Shown here one piece after another: positions 25,032 through 30,912 of a stretch of DNA of 30,912 bases. Source of the DNA: a virus (taxonomy: Duplodnaviria; Caudoviricetes). The stretch is from positions 1 through 30,912 of the IMG/VR virus record IMGVR_UViG_3300022178_000673; one strand, written 5' to 3'. Each line of letters opens with the position of its first letter. The stretch's first letter is position 1. The translations under genes were made by a program, and so were the position numbers. The notes beneath the pieces were generated by a model that saw only the letters and a list, made by a program, of their open reading frames with translations, made no database searches and was not told the origin of the DNA.

Positions 25032-27305
25032 TTATTGTTGGGTTAAAGCGTCAACTTTACCTTTGAGGTCTTTTCTTTTATCAGACTGTTGCTGCTCGTT
25101 ATCACTTGCTACTTCGTCTGTAGCCAAAGCTCTGAGATTGGGGTATAACTGCTTTAAGCGCAGGTCAAGTTCTTTCTGCCTTACGTCTATACCCGCCTCA
25201 AGTTCACGGTCGGTAATCATAGCCTTAATTTCTGTATCTGTCATTGAAGAAACGGCAGCAATCTTACCCACTTCCTCTGCTATTTTCCCTCTAACCGTGT
25301 CTAACTGTTTGGCTATCTCATCTAACTGCTTAGAGTCAGCCTGTCGTATTTCTTGAGATTTTAGACTCGCGTCTAGCTGCGTCTTAATGGACGCCAGTCG
25401 GTTCTTAATCTTGTTGTCAGCGTTAGCGTATATCTGCGTGATCTTGGCATCCACAGCATCTAGGTTTTTTGCGCCAATGTCCGCCACTAAGTTTAGCCCT
25501 GATCGCCTATCTTCGACAGCGGATTTGTATGCGGTTTGTCCGGCTTCTCCTGAGGCTTTAATTATATCAAAGTCCTTATTGATAGCATCTACGTCCAAAC
25601 CACGCTTTAGCATAAAGGTAGCACGTTCTTCGTTCATAACGTTTCTACGCATATTTCTGCCAGCTTGTGCGGCGCCACGGAAGCCTCCTTTAGATAGTCC
25701 GCCCCTCAACGCATCTATCTTACGTTGTTTAAGTGCGTCCCCTGAGGTCTGGCGGTCGATCATAGCTTGGTAGTCAGTTCCCTGCTTGAGCATTTCTTGG
25801 ACTTTAGTTAGCGGCTTGCCGTCTGGCCCTACTTGCCCAGTGATTCCGCGATTCGCTCTATCTTCAGAACGCTTCTCTTCCGCCGCTCGCATTGCTACAG
25901 GATCTGTAGCAGCCAACTTAGCAGCCCCTTGGTCTATAGCAGCAAGTCCCTCTATAGGATTACCATCCGCATCCAAAGCGCGAGGCATAGAGTCAGAGAA
26001 ACGTGTTGGGGATACGGCGTCCACTTTTTCCTGCGTTGAATCGAGTTCAGTGGCGGCTGTGCCCATACCTCCAAGTTCGTCCATGAGAAGCTGTTCTGCA
26101 CTCTTCTTTACTCCGGTAACTTGTGGGCCAGCTTGTGGGCCAGCTTGTGGGCCAGCTTGTGGGCCAGCTTGTGGGCCATCCATAACGCTAGTATCATCGT
26201 CAGTTATGCCTAGTTCGGCCTTAACGTTGTCTATAGGAGCTTCTGTGATTACTTCTGGCTTGGCCTCGGGCTTATTGAAGTTGGCGCGTAGGTCAGCGAT
26301 AGCGGCTTCTATCTCTTCAGCAGATTTTCCTTCTCTCCTTAGTTTCCTTTTTGTCTGGTACTCCTGCATCTCTAATTGCTGTTCAGGGCTACCTTCAAAG
26401 AACGCAGTAATTCCCGCTCTAGCAGCAGTACTTTCTTCGGCAGTGGGCATCTCTCTACCCATCTGCTTTGGGCGTGGTTTCTTCTTTTCCGGGCTAGGTA
26501 CGGTAGTCAACCCAGCAAGTCCTTCTTTCGCTTGCCCTACACTTGGGAGGCTAGTGTCTAGCATTTCTGGCATTTCTACATTAGACCCGCCTCCATCTTC
26601 CGGCGCCGCTATAGATTCAAACCCCACCGATCCTTCAAGATCCACAGCAGGCATGTCAGAGTCCATAGGGCCAGTAAGCGCTTCAGTGGTAGGCTCGTAC
26701 GAATGCGACTCTTGTAGGTAGCCTACGATCTCGTCTTTATTAGCGCCACTAGGTAGCGCTTTTACTAGGCCGTCGAACTGTGTTCTTTTTAGGCTGCCAT
26801 TTTGAATCTTTTCTTTGACGTCGGCCACTGTAATGCGGGCTTTTGTCTTCTGCATAGAGGTTGGTTGGCCGTCGCCCTCTACATCACCGCCTTCTTCAAA
26901 CTGAGGCATACCTTGTGGAGGAGCCATACCTTGTGGAGGAGCCATACTTGCGATACCAGCGCCCTGTGGAGGTTTTGCCCCCGGTGCGGGTTGGCCCAGA
27001 GCCTGTGCGGTCTGTGCAGCTTTCTTCTGTTTCTGATCTAGGATGCCGGAGGTCTGTGCGACTAGATCGTCTTTCGTGCGACCTAACATCTCTTGTTCCA
27101 TCTGCTCAGCAATGGTTCCGGGCATCTGTTCTGCCTTCATAGCCATATCACGTGCAGCAGCGTCTTTCTCTGCCTTTAGTTTCTGCATAGCCAGCAGATC
27201 CATCAGCTCTTGGTTTTTAGCGTAGCTCTGTTGTAACGCCTGAGGATTGCCTCGGTAAGCGTCGGCCTTCTGGTCTACTAGTTTGTCGATTCCGCCGTCT
27301 AACAT
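25032..27305 (-). CDS. Putative internal virion (ejection) protein, Gln/Ala/Met-rich
   Basis: 757-aa ORF with GGAG RBS; low-complexity and coiled-coil composition, GPQA repeats; lies between other virion genes. Confidence 0.78.
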   Translation of the reverse strand: MLDGGIDKLVDQKADAYRGNPQALQQSYAKNQELMDLLAMQKLKAEKDAAARDMAMKAEQMPGTIAEQMEQEMLGRTKDDLVAQTSGILDQKQKKAAQTAQALGQPAPGAKPPQGAGIASMAPPQGMAPPQGMPQFEEGGDVEGDGQPTSMQKTKARITVADVKEKIQNGSLKRTQFDGLVKALPSGANKDEIVGYLQESHSYEPTTEALTGPMDSDMPAVDLEGSVGFESIAAPEDGGGSNVEMPEMLDTSLPSVGQAKEGLAGLTTVPSPEKKKPRPKQMGREMPTAEESTAARAGITAFFEGSPEQQLEMQEYQTKRKLRREGKSAEEIEAAIADLRANFNKPEAKPEVITEAPIDNVKAELGITDDDTSVMDGPQAGPQAGPQAGPQAGPQVTGVKKSAEQLLMDELGGMGTAATELDSTQEKVDAVSPTRFSDSMPRALDADGNPIEGLAAIDQGAAKLAATDPVAMRAAEEKRSEDRANRGITGQVGPDGKPLTKVQEMLKQGTDYQAMIDRQTSGDALKQRKIDALRGGLSKGGFRGAAQAGRNMRRNVMNEERATFMLKRGLDVDAINKDFDIIKASGEAGQTAYKSAVEDRRSGLNLVADIGAKNLDAVDAKITQIYANADNKIKNRLASIKTQLDASLKSQEIRQADSKQLDEIAKQLDTVRGKIAEEVGKIAAVSSMTDTEIKAMITDRELEAGIDVRQKELDLRLKQLYPNLRALATDEVASDNEQQQSDKRKDLKGKVDALTQQ
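26120..26178. repeat. Perfect 12-bp tandem repeat (CTTGTGGGCCAG x ~4.9), encoding GPQA
   Basis: Read directly; units are identical. Confidence 0.95.
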
Positions 27306-27308
27306 TGC

Positions 27309-29036
27309 TTACACTCCCGATGAGGTTGGTGGTGTTGTTGTTGTTTCTTCTTCTGGTTTTATGGCGTCAAGAGCATCTTCAGTCGTACCAAGTGCGCCTT
27401 CAAGTGCCGATAGATCACTAGGCTGAGAATACTGATAGCTTTGAGCTGCCAGTGGAAGACCCTGTAACAAAGACTGCTGAAACTGTATAGCCTTGTATGG
27501 GTAGTCTCGTTCTTCCTCAAACTGCGCTTTATCCGCAGCGATGCCTTCAGCAGTAATACCCCTCTGTATAGCGCCTGCGTCAGCTTGTAGTCCAAGTACG
27601 TCCATACCATACTTGTTAGTCTTATCTTGGGCAGTCATGCTACGATCTTGCTCAGTGTTAAACTGATTCTGCGCGTTTTGGAATGCGGTGTTGTACCCCT
27701 GTGCAGTTATGTCCTGCTGGTTTTGCATCAAGTTACGCATGCCTTCAGCTTCCATTATAGCCTGTCGAGAACCACCAAAAGCACCGGCCTTAGTCATACG
27801 TCCTGCATCAGCTATTCTTGAAATCTCCGCTTGTCTACGTGCCTCTCGCAACTGTGGGTCTAGTGACCCTTGTAGATACGGGTTCATGTACTGTTGTTGG
27901 GCAGCCGCATCGAAAGTACCGGGGGTATAGTCGCCGCCCATACCTGTTGGAGTTTGTAGCCCGCCAATACCCGTAAATGCCTGATCCTGTAGTTGGCTTT
28001 GATCCGCAGTAAGTGGGCCTGTATAAGCATCATAGTCTTGATTAGATAGCGCCTGACCTTTGCCGAGCATGTCAGTAACATACTCACCTGCCCAGTTAGA
28101 TAGCGAGGACTCTTGACCAGTATTTACCCCGACCATTGGGTCTTCCGTACCTGCGGTATCATCAGCAACAGTATCAGTAGTACCGCCTGCTTCAAACTTC
28201 TTAATAGCGCCACCACCATAATACGTAGCAATGCCACCCTGAGCCATCTTAGGCATGAACTGGTTAGGGTTAATTTCTTTACCTTGGTTGACGTTGCCGG
28301 TACGCTCTTTGCGCACGTTATCCATCATACTGTGTAGCTGCTTGGCACCTGCATCAGAGTTACCGTTACCTAGGTGACTTACTACATCAGCAGGGATTAC
28401 AAACTCGCCGTCACTCAGACGGGCTTCTTGCTTACCATCAATGTTAGCTTTAACTTCATCCGCCATACCATCAGTAGTACCACCTAAGTAGTACCCTTGA
28501 CCCGGAGAGGTAGCCATACCACCTGCCGCCATTTTCTTCTCTTCTTCACGTCTAGCGTAAGGGCTAAGTCGACTATTACCATACATACCCGCAAGACCAC
28601 CCGCTGCTAATTGTTGCGCAGGAGGGGTTTCGACTGGAGGGGCAGTATTCGCGTTTATTTGTTGGTTGTCATAACGCAACTGCGACGCTTGGGCGTCTAC
28701 AATAGTTTGTGCTTCTTCCAGTGTGGGGACTTTTTGGTCTTCTGGGCGTTGTGCATATATAGTATCAGTAAAGGAGCGCTGCCCACCTTGACCGGGACGA
28801 CGGTCTTCGCTACCGTAAATAGGGGTATTCATTGGCTGTGTTTGCCTACGCACGGCTTCGTATTTAGGGATCTTGCCCTGATACCCTGTTTTAGGGATGT
28901 TCGGCTGACCTATGCCGGATTTTTCTAGTCCGTAGGCCACGAGCAGTGGGCCTAAGTCCTTCGCATCTAATCCCTCCAGTCCTCCTAAGCCAAACTCTCC
29001 TAGCTGTTTATTTACCCATTCTCCAAATTTACTCAT
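27309..29036 (-). CDS. Putative DNA-transfer/pilot-like internal virion protein
   Basis: G.TDGMAD...ARLSDGEFVIPADVVS.LGNG motif; QQYMNPY and AGAFGGSRQAI motifs typical of Gln-rich podophage ejection proteins; GGAG RBS. Confidence 0.8.
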   Translation of the reverse strand: MSKFGEWVNKQLGEFGLGGLEGLDAKDLGPLLVAYGLEKSGIGQPNIPKTGYQGKIPKYEAVRRQTQPMNTPIYGSEDRRPGQGGQRSFTDTIYAQRPEDQKVPTLEEAQTIVDAQASQLRYDNQQINANTAPPVETPPAQQLAAGGLAGMYGNSRLSPYARREEEKKMAAGGMATSPGQGYYLGGTTDGMADEVKANIDGKQEARLSDGEFVIPADVVSHLGNGNSDAGAKQLHSMMDNVRKERTGNVNQGKEINPNQFMPKMAQGGIATYYGGGAIKKFEAGGTTDTVADDTAGTEDPMVGVNTGQESSLSNWAGEYVTDMLGKGQALSNQDYDAYTGPLTADQSQLQDQAFTGIGGLQTPTGMGGDYTPGTFDAAAQQQYMNPYLQGSLDPQLREARRQAEISRIADAGRMTKAGAFGGSRQAIMEAEGMRNLMQNQQDITAQGYNTAFQNAQNQFNTEQDRSMTAQDKTNKYGMDVLGLQADAGAIQRGITAEGIAADKAQFEEERDYPYKAIQFQQSLLQGLPLAAQSYQYSQPSDLSALEGALGTTEDALDAIKPEEETTTTPPTSSGV

Positions 29037-29038
29037 TC

Positions 29039-30912
29039 CTATTCTCCAAGCAAGCGTAAAAGCTCGTCATTTGTCTGTATTATGCCACCCTGCGCGGCTC
29101 TTTGTGTGGGTTGTCGTCTACCGTAAGGGGACGCAAATAATTCTTTCTGTTGAGGGGTAGCAAATATCTCATCCCCATACACGTCAAACAAGTAGTCAAT
29201 CTGCGTCAGTGGTGACGGCTTCTGAGCGCCTACAGATACTTGCTGCTGTACAGCCCCTATAGCTTGCTCCCCTAGCTGATCTAGTTGTTCTCGCTGCGCC
29301 TGCACCTCAGCTAAGTAGTTAGCATCAGAGTATGCCTGTTGTTGCTCTTGCTGTTGCTGCTGTTGCGCTGCTAGGTCAGCTTGACGTTGTGCTTCTTGCT
29401 CAGCCAATGCCTCGTTTTGCTGCGCTATCTGTAGGTATAACCCTGTAGCATCGCCAAATTGACTATCTGCCGCGAACTCTACGTCCTGTCCACCAAACGA
29501 GTCTTCGAGTAATACCTGATCTATTGCGTCTATTACACCATCATTGTTCACATCATACAACATATCCTCAGAAGTTGGTACATAGCCTTCCGGGTTTTGT
29601 AGTACGTCTTGTGATGCTATAAGGTCTGCTACATTATCTATATCTTCCTGCGTTACTTCCCTTTCTGGCTTACCAAGTATCTCCGCTACAGCAGCGGTCT
29701 GACTCTTCTGTTCTTCTAGTAACTGCGTTAGTGCTGCAACGTCGGTATCCTGCTGCGCCGCCAGCTCACTTACAGCCTGCGTTATTGCCGCATCTCTGTC
29801 TCCAGATTCAGCTTCTAGCTCGTCAATACGGGCGTTAAGAGTAGTACCTAAATCAGTTACATTAGATTCTAGAGAGGCTAGCCACTCAGTTTCAGTACCT
29901 ACAAATCCGTCTTCTACAGCTATATCGTATGCAGACAGACCTCTAGCACCTCTAGCTCCATCAGTGCCCTGTAGAGAAGTTACCCACTCTGCTTCAGTAC
30001 CATCGTACCCGTCGGCTACAGCTATATCATATGCAGAATTACCGTCTGTACCATCTACACCTTCTAGAGAGGCTAGCCACTCTGATTCAGTACCAGTGTA
30101 TCCCCCAGCTTTAGCTAGTTCGTATGCGGATGCACCATCTACACCATCAATACCATCTACACCGTCAGTACCATCTTGACCAGCTTTACCTCTAGCGCCT
30201 CTAGCGCCTATAAGGGAGGTTAGCCAATCTACTTCAGTACCTTCATAACCGTTAGCTACAGCTATATCGTATGCAGAATTACCGTCTGTACCATCTACAC
30301 CTTCTAGAGAGGCTAGCCACTCTGATTCAGTACCAGTGTATCCCCCAGCTTTAGCTAGTTCGTATGCGGATGCACCATCTACACCGTTTACACCATCTAC
30401 ACCGTCAGTACCATCTTGACCGGCAAAGCCTCTATACCCTCGAATACCTCTAGCACCCCTAGCTCCATCAGTGCCTCGTAGTGACTCTAGCCAATCTGAT
30501 TCGGAGCCGGTGTACCCGTTGGCTACAGCTATATCATATGCAGAATTACCATCAGTACCATCTACACCTTGTAGAGAGTATAACCACTCTGATTCAGTAC
30601 CAGTGTACCCTCCAGCTTTAGCTAGCTCGTATGCAGATGCGCCATCTACACCGTCTACACCATTTACGCCGTTAGTACCATCTTGACCCGCTTTACCTCT
30701 AGCGCCTACAGCTCCATCAGTACCTTTTAGGGATTCTAGCCAATCTACTTCAGTACCTTCATAACCGTTAGCTACAGCTATATCGTATGCAGAATTACCG
30801 TCTGTACCATCTACACCTTCTAGAGAGGCTAGCCACTCTGATTCAGTACCAGTGTATCCCCCAGCTTTAGCTAGTTCGTATGCGGATGCACCATCTACAC
30901 CATCAATACCAT
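29039..30912 (-). CDS. Collagen-like repeat virion protein, 5'-truncated by the window edge
   Basis: The frame of ORF 29039-29563 stays open upstream of the ATG through the repeat array. It encodes G-X-Y runs alternating with SAY(E/D)(L/I)A...G.E..W..SL repeats, then a coiled coil and DVNNDGVIDAID. Confidence 0.88.
   Translation of the reverse strand, partial: GIDGVDGASAYELAKAGGYTGTESEWLASLEGVDGTDGNSAYDIAVANGYEGTEVDWLESLKGTDGAVGARGKAGQDGTNGVNGVDGVDGASAYELAKAGGYTGTESEWLYSLQGVDGTDGNSAYDIAVANGYTGSESDWLESLRGTDGARGARGIRGYRGFAGQDGTDGVDGVNGVDGASAYELAKAGGYTGTESEWLASLEGVDGTDGNSAYDIAVANGYEGTEVDWLTSLIGARGARGKAGQDGTDGVDGIDGVDGASAYELAKAGGYTGTESEWLASLEGVDGTDGNSAYDIAVADGYDGTEAEWVTSLQGTDGARGARGLSAYDIAVEDGFVGTETEWLASLESNVTDLGTTLNARIDELEAESGDRDAAITQAVSELAAQQDTDVAALTQLLEEQKSQTAAVAEILGKPEREVTQEDIDNVADLIASQDVLQNPEGYVPTSEDMLYDVNNDGVIDAIDQVLLEDSFGGQDVEFAADSQFGDATGLYLQIAQQNEALAEQEAQRQADLAAQQQQQQEQQQAYSDANYLAEVQAQREQLDQLGEQAIGAVQQQVSVGAQKPSPLTQIDYLFDVYGDEIFATPQQKELFASPYGRRQPTQRAAQGGIIQTNDELLRLLGE
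29866..30912 (-). repeat. Coding tandem array: at least 9 SAY...W..SL units in an alternating A/B higher-order repeat (~240-267 bp)
   Basis: Near-identical blocks start at ~30060, 30300, 30567 and 30816. Confidence 0.92.

Larger units (their letters stand above)
1..30912. mobile_element. Tailed dsDNA bacteriophage genome segment (early + replication modules on +, virion/ejection module on -)
   Basis: Dense, overlapping co-oriented ORFs; phage-type PolA, SNF2 helicase, primase-helicase, DUF3310, VRR-NUC and MazG; collagen-like and giant virion proteins; no cellular housekeeping genes. Confidence 0.96.

Noticed and set aside
18784-27930. Numerous + strand ORFs (up to 311 aa) opposite the virion genes, and - strand ORFs opposite the early/replication genes
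   Set aside because: Ser/Leu-rich antisense shadows of real genes, without RBS or recognisable motifs.
29039-29563. Stand-alone 174-aa gene as given in the ORF track
   Set aside because: The reading frame continues upstream through the repeat array; the ATG at 29563 is an internal Met.

Overview
This window is 30.9 kb of a tailed dsDNA bacteriophage genome (Caudoviricetes, probably podovirus-like). No RNA polymerase, integrase, terminase, portal or capsid gene is visible. 1-720: non-coding control region with a UUCG terminator, a direct repeat, an AT-rich cluster of TAATGTTCC iteron-like repeats and a perfect sigma70 promoter. 730-7490 (+): early/accessory genes, including a DUF3150-like protein, a MoxR-type AAA+ ATPase and a HExxH-metallopeptidase/VWA protein. 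These are punctuated by a palindromic motif, TAACGTGGGACGTGTCCCACACTACA, with four identical copies just upstream of ribosome-binding sites and one variant copy. 7429-18564 (+): DNA metabolism and replication (VRR-NUC, DUF3310, MazG-like, Leu762 PolA, Cas4-like exonuclease, HNH, SNF2 helicase, HTH, SSB, primase-helicase), with two strongly structured intergenic regions. 18624-30912 (-): convergent virion/ejection module with a 2131-aa polyvalent-type protein, two low-complexity internal virion proteins and a truncated collagen-like repeat protein. The best candidate for an undescribed system is the palindrome-marked early regulon (putative RHH regulator + DUF3150/AAA+/peptidase-VWA triad). All family calls come from motif recognition by eye, not database searches.
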